From the IMG/VR virus record IMGVR_UViG_3300023107_000003, positions 1 through 49,804 of that record: a stretch of 49,804 bases of DNA; one strand, 5' to 3'. Both the position numbers and the translations under genes were made by a program. Shown piece after piece: positions 17,495 to 26,146 of this stretch. Source of the DNA: a virus. Its lineage: Duplodnaviria; Caudoviricetes. Every line of letters begins with the position of its first letter. The stretch's first letter is position 1. The notes under the pieces were generated by a model that was not told the DNA's origin, made no database searches, and worked only from the letters and a program-made list of their open reading frames with translations.

Positions 17495-17829
17495 GCCAGG
17501 CCGAATTTCTCGCGGGAAGTTTTAACGAACTCGCGCTGCATGTGCTCCTTTTTCTCCTTGATGTGGGAGTTGAAGTGGGCCGAGCTGCGCTGGCGCATGG
17601 CCTGCTGGCGCTGCTTGGGGCTCATGCTGGCAATCGAGCCGAAGGCCGGTGCCACGCCGTCGCTCCAGTCCCGCGCCGGCGCCGGCGCGGGGACCAGGGG
17701 GCGGCCGGAGCTGGGGCAGACGATTTCGTTGCGGTACCGGTCGAGGTACACCGTGCCGCCGTTGCGGTACACGGTGCTCACCTGGGCATGCTCATGCTCC
17801 AGGCCGGTGGTGGGGGAAATGAAAATCAC
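17491..17829 (-). CDS. Hypothetical protein
   Basis: GTG start, operon-packed. Confidence 0.6.
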   Translation of the reverse strand: MIFISPTTGLEHEHAQVSTVYRNGGTVYLDRYRNEIVCPSSGRPLVPAPAPARDWSDGVAPAFGSIASMSPKQRQQAMRQRSSAHFNSHIKEKKEHMQREFVKTSREKFGLA

Positions 17830-17842
17830 GGGAGGGACGATT

Positions 17843-18049
17843 TTAGAGAGTCGGAAGGGAGAGAATCAGCGGCCGCCGCTTGCCTACCACGGGGATGGGC
17901 GCCGGCAGCGTGCGTGGCTCCTGGGGCTGGGGCACCATGGGACGGCCGTCGCGGCCGTCGCAAACAGGGTAGTGGGCCTGGGGCGGAGCGCTGGTGTGCA
18001 CCTCCTTTATTCGGCCGCAGCCAGGGCAGCGGTAGTAGTGGAAGGGCAT
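17843..18049 (-). CDS. FmdB-like zinc-ribbon protein
   Basis: MPFHYYRCPGCG...E...PVC...M pattern. Confidence 0.6.
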   Translation of the reverse strand: MPFHYYRCPGCGRIKEVHTSAPPQAHYPVCDGRDGRPMVPQPQEPRTLPAPIPVVGKRRPLILSLPTL

Positions 18050-18585
18050 GCGTCGAGGACTGGAGCGGTGAAAATGCGCGTTACCTGCGCGGTGGTGAAC
18101 ACCTTGGTGGGCGTTTTGCGGCTCTGGCCCTCCAGGCGCACGCGCACGCGGCCGTCATCGGTGAGGCCGGCGCAGCGGCCCCGGCCGCCGTCGGCCAGGC
18201 GCACGGTCCGGCCAGGCTGGTAGTAGTTGCGCCGGTCGCTCTCCTTGAATTTCTGCTCGTCGGAGTAGTCCTTATAGTGGAAGGTGGGCAGGCCTCCCTG
18301 ACCGAAGAGCCGGTCCTCGTGCTGGGTGCGCACGGCGGGGTCCTGAAATAGCGTCTGGATGCTCTCGCGGACGCCGATGCGCTCGATGCGCTCCTGCTTC
18401 TGCTCCAGCACGCGCTGGTAGTAGGCGCGGTCGTTGGGGCGGGTGTAAATCAGGCCCCGCAGCTGGCAGGTCAAATACTCTGCTTCCAGCGTGCGCAGGT
18501 AGCGCAGCGCTGTTTCTTTGCGGGAGGTCATCAGGCCCTCAGCAGGCAGGGAGGCCAGCAGGGTCGGGTGTGGGGTGGTGCTCAT
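18007..18585 (-). CDS. Phage hypothetical protein
   Basis: Likely start MSTTPH at 18585. Confidence 0.6.
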   Translation of the reverse strand: MSTTPHPTLLASLPAEGLMTSRKETALRYLRTLEAEYLTCQLRGLIYTRPNDRAYYQRVLEQKQERIERIGVRESIQTLFQDPAVRTQHEDRLFGQGGLPTFHYKDYSDEQKFKESDRRNYYQPGRTVRLADGGRGRCAGLTDDGRVRVRLEGQSRKTPTKVFTTAQVTRIFTAPVLDACPSTTTAALAAAE

Positions 18586-18641
18586 GTGGGCGTTGGCGAT
18601 ACGGGCGGCATGGGGGAGGCCGGCGCAGTTCAGGGCGATGA

Positions 18642-19193
18642 TTAGCTCCAGTTGAAGCGGAGCAGGTGGGGGAAGTAGTCGGGTGAAGGTGACAAGGGTA
18701 CCGGTAGGTGGCTGCTGCCGGTGGGGGCGGGCCGGCGGGTCGGCTTCAGCCGCAGCCACACGGCCACGTAGTGGCCAGGCTGCAGTGGGGTGGCCAGTTG
18801 CACGTCGGCCCCGAAGCTGGCGTAGTAGGGCGCTGCGCTACCTTCGGGTATCTGCTCAAAATAAGGATTTCCGTTGACGTCCACGTTGGGCAAGGCAAGG
18901 CCCACTTCCAGCTCGAGCAGCGCCTGGCCGTCCGCACCGAGGAGCGCGGCCAGCTCGGGGTGCTCCTCCAGAGTCAGGCGCAGCTGGCCCACGGGCGCCG
19001 GCGTTTCATTTAGCAAGGCCAGGCAGCGCACCTGCTGCTGCAGGTTCTGCCGGGCGTAGGGGCTCACGCTGCCGAACACGGCCTCCAGCGCGTCGTTGGG
19101 CACGAGTGAGCTGGAAGGGTAGCCGCCCAGGGCGGCCTCGGGCTGGGGTTGCGCGGCCTGGTAGGCCTGCGCGCCGGTGAAGTAGAGACGCAT
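18642..19193 (-). CDS. Putative tail/baseplate-associated protein
   Basis: Directly follows the collar-domain fibre gene; MRLYFTG...LGGYPSSS.VPND N-terminus. Confidence 0.55.
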   Translation of the reverse strand: MRLYFTGAQAYQAAQPQPEAALGGYPSSSLVPNDALEAVFGSVSPYARQNLQQQVRCLALLNETPAPVGQLRLTLEEHPELAALLGADGQALLELEVGLALPNVDVNGNPYFEQIPEGSAAPYYASFGADVQLATPLQPGHYVAVWLRLKPTRRPAPTGSSHLPVPLSPSPDYFPHLLRFNWS

Positions 19194-19208
19194 GGGATGG
19201 GTGGGAGA

Positions 19209-21680
19209 TTAGCGGTAGCGTTGAACGTAGGCCAGCACGCGGTAGCGTTGGCGGTTTTCGTGGTACTGGCCGCCCCCGGTGGCGTCGATTTCGTGGACGT
19301 GGGCGGGGGCAGTGCTCGTGTTGGGCAGCCGGTTGTCAGCGCCGATCTGGCCACCGCGGGTAGCGTTGCGCAGGTTATCGTTGCCGGCGCCGGTGCTGTC
19401 GGCGTTGGGAACCTGGGTATGGCTATGATCACCGGCCTCGGCCATGGTGTGGTCGTGAGCGGGCAGCTCGTCGATGCTCAGCTGCACGTCGTTGTTACCG
19501 CCCACGTTGCCCAGGGCCCCGTAGTTGGATACGACGCCTAGCTCCGTGCGCTCGCCCAGGCTATCGGTTGGCGTGGCTGGCGAGTCGGCCTGGTAGCCCA
19601 GGGCCACCATGCCGCCCATGTTATCGGTGCCGTTGCGGCCGTCCATGAGCACGTAGTCAGCCCACTCGCGCGTACCCTTACCGTCGGCGCCAAAGCGGGT
19701 CAGCGGGTTGTAGTTGCCGAGCCGGTTGAGCTGCAGCACGGTGGCAATGGGCAGCTCGACGCGCCGGTGAGGCAGCACCTGCCAGCCGCCGTCGCCGTAG
19801 GTGCAGCTCACGTAGATGCCGCCGGTGCGCATGGCGTAGAAATCGCGCTCGTCGAAGCTGTGGCATACCTGGCCCACGTCGGCCGGGTTTTTATAGCCAA
19901 CCACGATTTTGAAGTCATAGGCCCCGGGCTGCACGTCGCCGTTGATCCAGAGGCTAAACTCGTTGCCCTCCAGCAGCGGGGCGCCCTCGCCGGTGATGCC
20001 GGCGCGGTCGGGGCGCAGGTCCAGGTACTGGTGCTGGGTAAAGCCGATGCCGGCGTTGATGATCTGCAGCTGGCGGTGATTGCCCACGCGGATGGGCAGG
20101 GCCTGCTCGGCCGTGCTGAGCTGGCGGTGCTCGACGCCTGGCACGTCGCCCAGGTCCACCCGGTCGAGCAGGCCGCGGTAGCCGTCCGGAGCGGGCCTGA
20201 CCCGGATGGTGCCCCGGTCGCCGGTGTCGGTGTCGAGCACGGCCGTAGGCAGTAGCTTGCCGGCGCCGTCGTGCTGGTTTTCGGGGTAAAACGGGGCCAG
20301 GTCGAGCGGGCGCCAGGTCGTGCGCTCCTTGCCCACGGCCGTGCAGGCCTCGACGAAGTAGTTTACCGGCTGGCCCCCGCAGGGCAGCTCAATCTCGGCC
20401 GAGCCATGGTGGGCCGGGAAGGCGTGAAACTTGGGACCGTACTGCGCGTCCCAGTCCTGGCTCGGTACCACTTTGAAGTGTACCTGCTCGCAATCCGGGA
20501 CCAGCAGCAGGTTGCGCCAGGTTTCGGTTAGCGCGAACGGATCGGCGCCCTCCAGCTGCAGGCGCAGCGAGCTGCCAGTGGGCTTGCTGCTGGCCGTGAT
20601 GCGCCAGCGCGGCTCGGCACCACCGGCATTGTAGTCCAGCTTCAGGTCGCGCGTTACGTACCAGCCCACGAAGTCGCCGGCTTGGGCGTCATTCAGGCTC
20701 CGGTAGCGCCCGCCGGCGCCCTGGGTGAGCGTGAGCTGCCGCTGGGCGGCGTCGAAGCTCCAGGCCTGGGCGCGCAGGCCGAAGCCGACCACGGCGATGC
20801 TGTGGCTGCGCGGCGTGCCGGCCAGTGGCCAGTACACCCGCTCCAGGCCCAGTAGCGGGTTGCCCGTCTGGGCCACGCGGTGGCTGCCCAGCTCCGTTTC
20901 GGCCCGGGTCAGCCAGCGGCGGCCGCGCTTATCCTCGATATCCACGCCGGCGCTGGTGCGGCGTACCCGGGCCAGCAGGTAGGTGTTTTCTCCGTTGTGG
21001 CCCGCGGAGTATGCCGGCGGGTAGGGCGCTACGACTTCAGCCAGCAGCTCCAGCTGGCAGCTGTCGTAGCGGTAGATCATCTCATCGAGCACGTGGGGCT
21101 CCCAGCCGCTGAGGAAGGCGCCCACCACCTGGTAGCGCAGACCGGTTTCGGCGACCAGGCCCACGGTGCTGAGCACGGCGTGCTGGTCGTCGAGAACCTG
21201 CTGCACCTCGTGATCGATGCCCCCGTTGAGGCAGGCCGAACCGTCAGCCTTGGTGAGCCGCAGCAGGGTTGGGGCCCCGGGCAGGCCGCGCAGCACCTGG
21301 GTGAAGCGAGCGGCGCCGTCGCCGGTGAGCTGGCCATTCTCGCCGATGGTGAGCAGCCCGTCTTCCAGGCTGCTGGTGGCGTAGCTGGCCATGAGCCAGT
21401 ACCAGGTATCGGGCTGGGGCAGCACGATGCCGCGCTGGGCGCCCTGGCGCAGCAGCCGGCCGCTGTTGTCGATGGCCTGGCCGGCGCTGAGCTGGATGGT
21501 GCCCTCGACCGGGTTGTCGACGGTGGCCAGCCACTCGGTGCCCGTGTTGATGATCAGGCCGGGGCTACCGGTGAGCAGCTGCCGGCTCAGCTCAATGCCC
21601 TCGGTCTGGGCGAACTGATCCAGGCGGGCGACTTCCTGGTGGGTGAGCAGTAGGTTTTCGGAGGCGTGCAGGTGGCTCAT
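19209..21680 (-). CDS. Baseplate/short tail fibre protein with C-terminal tail-collar domain
   Basis: MDGRNGTDNMGG...GGNNDVQLSIDELPAHDH...HSH...HVH...TGGGQYHENRQRYRVLAYVQR collar/HxH motifs; start 21680. Confidence 0.75.
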   Translation of the reverse strand: MSHLHASENLLLTHQEVARLDQFAQTEGIELSRQLLTGSPGLIINTGTEWLATVDNPVEGTIQLSAGQAIDNSGRLLRQGAQRGIVLPQPDTWYWLMASYATSSLEDGLLTIGENGQLTGDGAARFTQVLRGLPGAPTLLRLTKADGSACLNGGIDHEVQQVLDDQHAVLSTVGLVAETGLRYQVVGAFLSGWEPHVLDEMIYRYDSCQLELLAEVVAPYPPAYSAGHNGENTYLLARVRRTSAGVDIEDKRGRRWLTRAETELGSHRVAQTGNPLLGLERVYWPLAGTPRSHSIAVVGFGLRAQAWSFDAAQRQLTLTQGAGGRYRSLNDAQAGDFVGWYVTRDLKLDYNAGGAEPRWRITASSKPTGSSLRLQLEGADPFALTETWRNLLLVPDCEQVHFKVVPSQDWDAQYGPKFHAFPAHHGSAEIELPCGGQPVNYFVEACTAVGKERTTWRPLDLAPFYPENQHDGAGKLLPTAVLDTDTGDRGTIRVRPAPDGYRGLLDRVDLGDVPGVEHRQLSTAEQALPIRVGNHRQLQIINAGIGFTQHQYLDLRPDRAGITGEGAPLLEGNEFSLWINGDVQPGAYDFKIVVGYKNPADVGQVCHSFDERDFYAMRTGGIYVSCTYGDGGWQVLPHRRVELPIATVLQLNRLGNYNPLTRFGADGKGTREWADYVLMDGRNGTDNMGGMVALGYQADSPATPTDSLGERTELGVVSNYGALGNVGGNNDVQLSIDELPAHDHTMAEAGDHSHTQVPNADSTGAGNDNLRNATRGGQIGADNRLPNTSTAPAHVHEIDATGGGQYHENRQRYRVLAYVQRYR

Positions 21681-23464
21681 TGAGCAGGATGGAGGTCTAA
21701 GTGGCAATCAGCCGGGGTTAAGTCCCGGCGGGCGATACGGTAGATGTCCTCGTGGGCGAGGTCCGGGTTTTGGTTGCGGTACCATACTTCTAAGGTCGGC
21801 CCGGCGCCCAGAAACCCCTGCGACCGCGCACCGGTGGTGGAGTCGAAGGGCAGGGAGGAGCCCGACCGGATCTGGGCCGCGGTCGGAGCCTGGGGGTAGA
21901 GCGTGGCCCCGTGCACCAGCGGCCGCACCTGAATGTCGGCGATAAATAGTGCCGGCCGCTGGTAGCTCTCCTCGCCGCCGCCGGGCGCTAGTTCCCCCAG
22001 GACCGGCAGCTCGGCGTAGGCCCCGGGCTCGACGAGCTGCGCGCTGGCCGTGCTGCGCAGCTGGTGGCCATGGCCCAGGTTGGTGTGGCGCTGGCGCGGG
22101 CCGGTGGCCGGCGCCTGGCGGCAGTTCCATAAAATGGTCCGCACCCAGGTAAACTCGGCGCTGAAGGGCCCCTCGACGACAAGCGTGGTCGGCTGGCCAC
22201 TATCGTGGTCCAGCCCCAGAGCCGGGTAGCCGTGGGCGTTGTAGAGGTGGCACGTGAGGCGGGTGATGGCCAGCGGGTCGGCCTGGCGCACCAGCCACAG
22301 GATTTCGTAGTCGATGCCGGCATCGATGGGAATGCCGGCCGACTGGCCCGCCCCCCCATGGGCGTAGAGGCGGGCCTCTGCCGGCAGGCGGCCGAGGCCG
22401 CCGAGCTGGGCGGGCATGTCGGCCGTAGGGCGTAGCAGCAGGCCGTTACGGCTCAGGTCGGTACCGCGGTCAATGGCCGTGCTGCTGGGCACCACCGTGG
22501 CCTGGTTGGCGATGGGCAGCAGCAGCCGGATAGCCGTGGCCAGGGCCCGCTGCTGGTAGCGCAGCACCGTGGCCGGCTGGCCGGCCGTGCCGGCAAAGCC
22601 CGGGCCGGTCAGGCCCAGCACCCAGCCACGGCGGTCCGCCGGCGTGAAGGCCACCTGCAGCGCTGGCTTGGGCGCGTAGGCACTACGGTTGATCAGGCGG
22701 CTAAACTCGCCCTGGTCGGCAAACACGGCAGCCGTGCCCCGCTCGCCGGCGGCCTGGGCCTGGCCGACCAGCAGCTCGCGCAGACTGCCCACGTCGAGCC
22801 CGCTGGCCTCGGGGCGCAGGTAGAAGCCGCGCTGCAGCAGGAAGGCCTGCAGCAGCTGCGGATCGTGGGGCAGGTTGCCCAGGCGGCGACTGTGCAGAAT
22901 AACCAGGGCAAAAAACCGGCAGGAGGCCATCCACAGGTCGAGGAAGTCTTCGTCGATAGCTTCCGGGGCAGGGCCTTCCCCTTCTCCGCGCACGATAAAT
23001 TCGGGCAGGATGCCGGGGCGGTAGAGCTTGGCCAGCAGGGCCAGGGCCAGGTTTTCGTGCTCGTGGGTGCCGTACACGCCGGCGGCCAGGTAGTGGCTGC
23101 CCAGCTGGCTCTGCCGCGCGGGCTCGGCCTGGGGTACGGCCTGGCCCTGCAGGGCGAAGCCGAGCACGCGCAGCTCGTGGGCGGCACCCTGGTGGGTGAA
23201 GCGTACCTGCACGTGCTGCATGCGCCCGGCGTGCCGCTGGCTGGCGGCCTGCAGCGCGCCGGGCGAATAGGTCGTCCAGCTGGCCGGCCAGGCCAGGCCG
23301 TAACCGGTTAGCCGAAAATGCAGCGCGTAGCTGGCCTGGCCGGCCGGGTCGGTGCTCACGTCGGGGCTGAGCTGCTGCAGGCTCAGCACGGCCGGTATCG
23401 GGCCACTCTGCAGAATCAGCGTCTGGCCGGCCAGCGTGGTGCGGTTGGTGATGGAGGTGCTCAT
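21677..23464 (-). CDS. Putative baseplate wedge / tail structural protein
   Basis: Position upstream of the collar-fibre gene, 4-nt overlap. Confidence 0.55.
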   Translation of the reverse strand: MSTSITNRTTLAGQTLILQSGPIPAVLSLQQLSPDVSTDPAGQASYALHFRLTGYGLAWPASWTTYSPGALQAASQRHAGRMQHVQVRFTHQGAAHELRVLGFALQGQAVPQAEPARQSQLGSHYLAAGVYGTHEHENLALALLAKLYRPGILPEFIVRGEGEGPAPEAIDEDFLDLWMASCRFFALVILHSRRLGNLPHDPQLLQAFLLQRGFYLRPEASGLDVGSLRELLVGQAQAAGERGTAAVFADQGEFSRLINRSAYAPKPALQVAFTPADRRGWVLGLTGPGFAGTAGQPATVLRYQQRALATAIRLLLPIANQATVVPSSTAIDRGTDLSRNGLLLRPTADMPAQLGGLGRLPAEARLYAHGGAGQSAGIPIDAGIDYEILWLVRQADPLAITRLTCHLYNAHGYPALGLDHDSGQPTTLVVEGPFSAEFTWVRTILWNCRQAPATGPRQRHTNLGHGHQLRSTASAQLVEPGAYAELPVLGELAPGGGEESYQRPALFIADIQVRPLVHGATLYPQAPTAAQIRSGSSLPFDSTTGARSQGFLGAGPTLEVWYRNQNPDLAHEDIYRIARRDLTPADCHLDLHPAQ

Positions 23465-23476
23465 CGCGGGCTCGGA

Positions 23477-23833
23477 TTAGGGGCGCACGAGTACCCGGGC
23501 CGGCAGGCTGTCTATCAGCACGCCCAGCGAGTTCTGGTCATAGTAGCGCGAAACCTTCACCGCGATGCTGTCGCCGGTCGTGGGGTGGTAGGCCAGCACC
23601 GTACCCGGGACCTTGATGCCCAGGTTATGATACAGGGTTGGGTCGGCCTCCTCGGTTACCAGCTCGGAGTACTCGCCGGCAAAGGGCTGCCAGGTGGCGC
23701 TGTTGGCATTGTAGAAGGCCCACGCGCCCGACTGGCCGGCGCTGGGGTTATGCCAGAGCATGGTGAGGATATCGGGGGCGCTGGTGCCGATATGCACGCC
23801 GGCTATCTGGCCGAAGTTGCGGGTGGTACCCAT
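23477..23833 (-). CDS. Hypothetical virion-associated protein
   Basis: Operon context. Confidence 0.55.
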   Translation of the reverse strand: MGTTRNFGQIAGVHIGTSAPDILTMLWHNPSAGQSGAWAFYNANSATWQPFAGEYSELVTEEADPTLYHNLGIKVPGTVLAYHPTTGDSIAVKVSRYYDQNSLGVLIDSLPARVLVRP

Positions 23834-23895
23834 GGGGGTGGCAAATCATAGAAAAGGCGATGGGGAGCGGGCCCGAGGGCCGGGGAGCAGGGAAG

Positions 23896-24387
23896 TTAGC
23901 GAGCGTAGCGGACCCACAGGTAAGTAAGACCGGCCGCGCCGGCCACCAGGCCCACCCCGCCGCCCAGGTAGAGGCGGCCGTCGGCCCACCAGGTAGGGCG
24001 CCGCGCCGCCTGAGCAATCGAGCAGCGCTGCTGCCAGGTGCGCTCGCTCTGCTCCAGCGCCCGGATGCGCTCCTGCGCCTCGGCCAGGTTGTGCTCGCCG
24101 GTGGCCAGCAGTTGGTGGCTGGTCGAGTCGGCGGCCGCGGCCTGGCGCAGGCGCTGCGCCTTCAGCTCCAGGGCCTGCTGCTGCCAGAGGTAGTCCTGAC
24201 GCAGCAGATCGTAGCTGGCTGGGGTAAACACGACGGCCGGAGCCGTCAGGCGGGTGCCGGCCGGGGCCAGCACCGGCTCAGTGGGTAGCTGGCCCGGCGC
24301 TACTTGGCCTCGGCTGGTTAGGGATAGGGAAAGCAGGCAGCTGAAAAGGAACAGAAACAGGCCGGTGGGCTTTATGAGCGTCATCAT
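23896..24387 (-). CDS. Spanin-like protein 2 (N-terminal signal or possible lipobox, coiled coil, C-terminal TM)
   Basis: MMTLIKPTGLFLFLFSC...SRGQ; Q/E/A coiled coil; LYLGGGVGLVAGAAGLTYLW; start overlaps the upstream spanin gene. Confidence 0.6.
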   Translation of the reverse strand: MMTLIKPTGLFLFLFSCLLSLSLTSRGQVAPGQLPTEPVLAPAGTRLTAPAVVFTPASYDLLRQDYLWQQQALELKAQRLRQAAAADSTSHQLLATGEHNLAEAQERIRALEQSERTWQQRCSIAQAARRPTWWADGRLYLGGGVGLVAGAAGLTYLWVRYAR

Positions 24388-24646
24388 GCTGGCGGAGCAG
24401 GTCTTGCTGAAGGCGTTGTTCGTCGGCCCGGCCGAGTAGGCGGGCGTAGGTCGAGTCGCCCCGGCGCTGAAGCCGCGCCCAGCGCAGGCCGGCCTCGTAG
24501 GACTCGTCGCGCTGCTGCACCAGGACCGTAGCCTGGTGCGCGCGCTGGCGCAGCTCGGCGGCCGAGTAGCCGGCGGCAAAGCAAAACAACCCGATCAGCA
24601 CGCAGGCAGTGATCGGGTTGTTGAGAAGGGAGATGATTTTACTCAC
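24278..24646 (-). CDS. i-spanin-like protein (N-terminal TM plus helical periplasmic part)
   Basis: PITACVLIGLFCFAAGY TM; immediately after the endolysin. Confidence 0.6.
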   Translation of the reverse strand: MSKIISLLNNPITACVLIGLFCFAAGYSAAELRQRAHQATVLVQQRDESYEAGLRWARLQRRGDSTYARLLGRADEQRLQQDLLRQHDDAHKAHRPVSVPFQLPAFPIPNQPRPSSAGPATH

Positions 24647-25263
24647 TTAGGGACAGGTTTAGGGGTGGTGTAGCTCGGGTCATCGACAACGTTGGCCACG
24701 GCCGAGATCTGGGATTTAAGCCGCCAGTTTACGAATACGCCCTCGCCGTCGCGCTCCTGCTTTCCTCCGGACGTGTTGCCCTCGTCCGTCTTGGCCATGG
24801 GGCTCACGCCCCAGAGCAGCAGGATGCCCACGTGGGCAATCTGGGGCTTGCCCCAGGTGTAGCCCACCAGGTCCCCTTTCTGCGGGGGCGGGCGGCCGGC
24901 AATCTGGCGGCCGCCCGCCCAGACCGTGTGGCGCTTATCGAACCAGTCCCGAGCCCGCCCGAACTTGGGCGTTAGCAGCCCGGCTTGGCGCAGCACCCAG
25001 GTCACGAACCACGAGCACCAGGCCTGGCCCTTGCGGCCGCCGCCGAACGTCTGGTATTTCTCCACGTCGGCGCCGGCGTTATAGCCGTGCTCGCGCACGC
25101 CCACCTGGCTCAGCGCTACCCGCTCGATGCGGGCGCGCAGGACTAGCGCAGCAGAATCCCGGCTCCCTCGTGCGGGATTAACCCCAGCGCTCCGAGCGTG
25201 AAGTGGTGCAGCAAGTAGAAGTAGAAGCCATAAATGGCGAGCGACGCGCAGAATTTGAAGCAC
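24643..25263 (-). CDS. CHAP-domain endolysin with N-terminal signal peptide
   Basis: QVGVRE, AWCSWFV (catalytic Cys), AHVGI (His), EGNT; LWLLLLLAAPLHA signal; GTG start. Confidence 0.85.
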   Translation of the reverse strand: MLQILRVARHLWLLLLLAAPLHARSAGVNPARGSRDSAALVLRARIERVALSQVGVREHGYNAGADVEKYQTFGGGRKGQAWCSWFVTWVLRQAGLLTPKFGRARDWFDKRHTVWAGGRQIAGRPPPQKGDLVGYTWGKPQIAHVGILLLWGVSPMAKTDEGNTSGGKQERDGEGVFVNWRLKSQISAVANVVDDPSYTTPKPVPK

Positions 25264-25688
25264 AGCGTGTAGAAGTTAGCCTTTCGGTATTCCAGGGCGA
25301 TGCGGGCGACAAGCGGGGTGCTTCTCGGGTTGGTAGTGTCATAGTAGCCGTACTTGAAGTCCAGCAGCTCCTGCTCGGCGCAGCTGCGGATCCAGCGGTA
25401 CAGGCGCGGCCAGCTGATCTTGAAAGCGAGCCAGGCCTGGGCGGCGTTGTAGAAGAAGCTCAGCGTGGCCAGCACGTAGGCGTTGAGCGTACCGTCGTCG
25501 TAGCCGCCGGCGCGCTTGGTGATGTAGGTGCGGATAAACCACCGCACGGCGAAAAAGGCCAGCACGCTGAGCAGGAAGATCAGCACGTTGCCGTAATGCT
25601 TGAGCAGGCGCTTTTTGCGCCGCAGGGGCTGGCTGGTATCCAGCTCAGGGTGGGCCTGGGAGGCCGCGGTGGGGAGCTTCTCGCTCAT
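25143..25688 (-). CDS. Holin-like membrane protein (about 3 TM)
   Basis: Basic N-terminus and three hydrophobic segments, directly upstream of and overlapping the endolysin; start MSEKLP at 25688. Confidence 0.6.
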   Translation of the reverse strand: MSEKLPTAASQAHPELDTSQPLRRKKRLLKHYGNVLIFLLSVLAFFAVRWFIRTYITKRAGGYDDGTLNAYVLATLSFFYNAAQAWLAFKISWPRLYRWIRSCAEQELLDFKYGYYDTTNPRSTPLVARIALEYRKANFYTLCFKFCASLAIYGFYFYLLHHFTLGALGLIPHEGAGILLR

Positions 25689-25716
25689 GGGAGGGGAGGT
25701 GATAGAGTCAGGACGA

Positions 25717-26127
25717 TTAGCCGCGCATCTGGTGCGGCTTGAGCCCCATCTCGGCGCCGATACTGGCAACAGCGGCTTGGATGGGTGGAATGGCCTCTTT
25801 AAGATAAGGCAAAGCGTTGCAGTCGTCGATGGTGCGGTCGAGCGAGTCCAGGACCGTGATGTTCTTCTCGGCCATGCCATGGTAGCGGTCCACTACCCGC
25901 TGCAGCTCCTGGGTTTTGCCCTGGATTTCCAGCGCGTGGGTGACGGTCAGGTCTTTGATTTCTTTGGCGTGGTCCTTCAGCAACGAGTCCCGCTCGGCGC
26001 GCAGGGCTTTGTTGTCAGCTAGGATGAATTTGAGAATATAGGCCAGGCCGCCGGCCAGAATCAGAGCCGCGACGGCCAGGGGCAGGTTAGCCAGCGCCCA
26101 CTGGAGTAAATCAAACTTGGTTTTCAT
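25717..26127 (-). CDS. Holin/antiholin-like protein (1 TM plus coiled coil)
   Basis: LPLAVAALILAGGLAYILKFIL then heptad-rich helix; start MKTKF at 26127. Confidence 0.55.
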   Translation of the reverse strand: MKTKFDLLQWALANLPLAVAALILAGGLAYILKFILADNKALRAERDSLLKDHAKEIKDLTVTHALEIQGKTQELQRVVDRYHGMAEKNITVLDSLDRTIDDCNALPYLKEAIPPIQAAVASIGAEMGLKPHQMRG

Positions 26128-26146
26128 ATCGAGCGGACCCCCCGCT

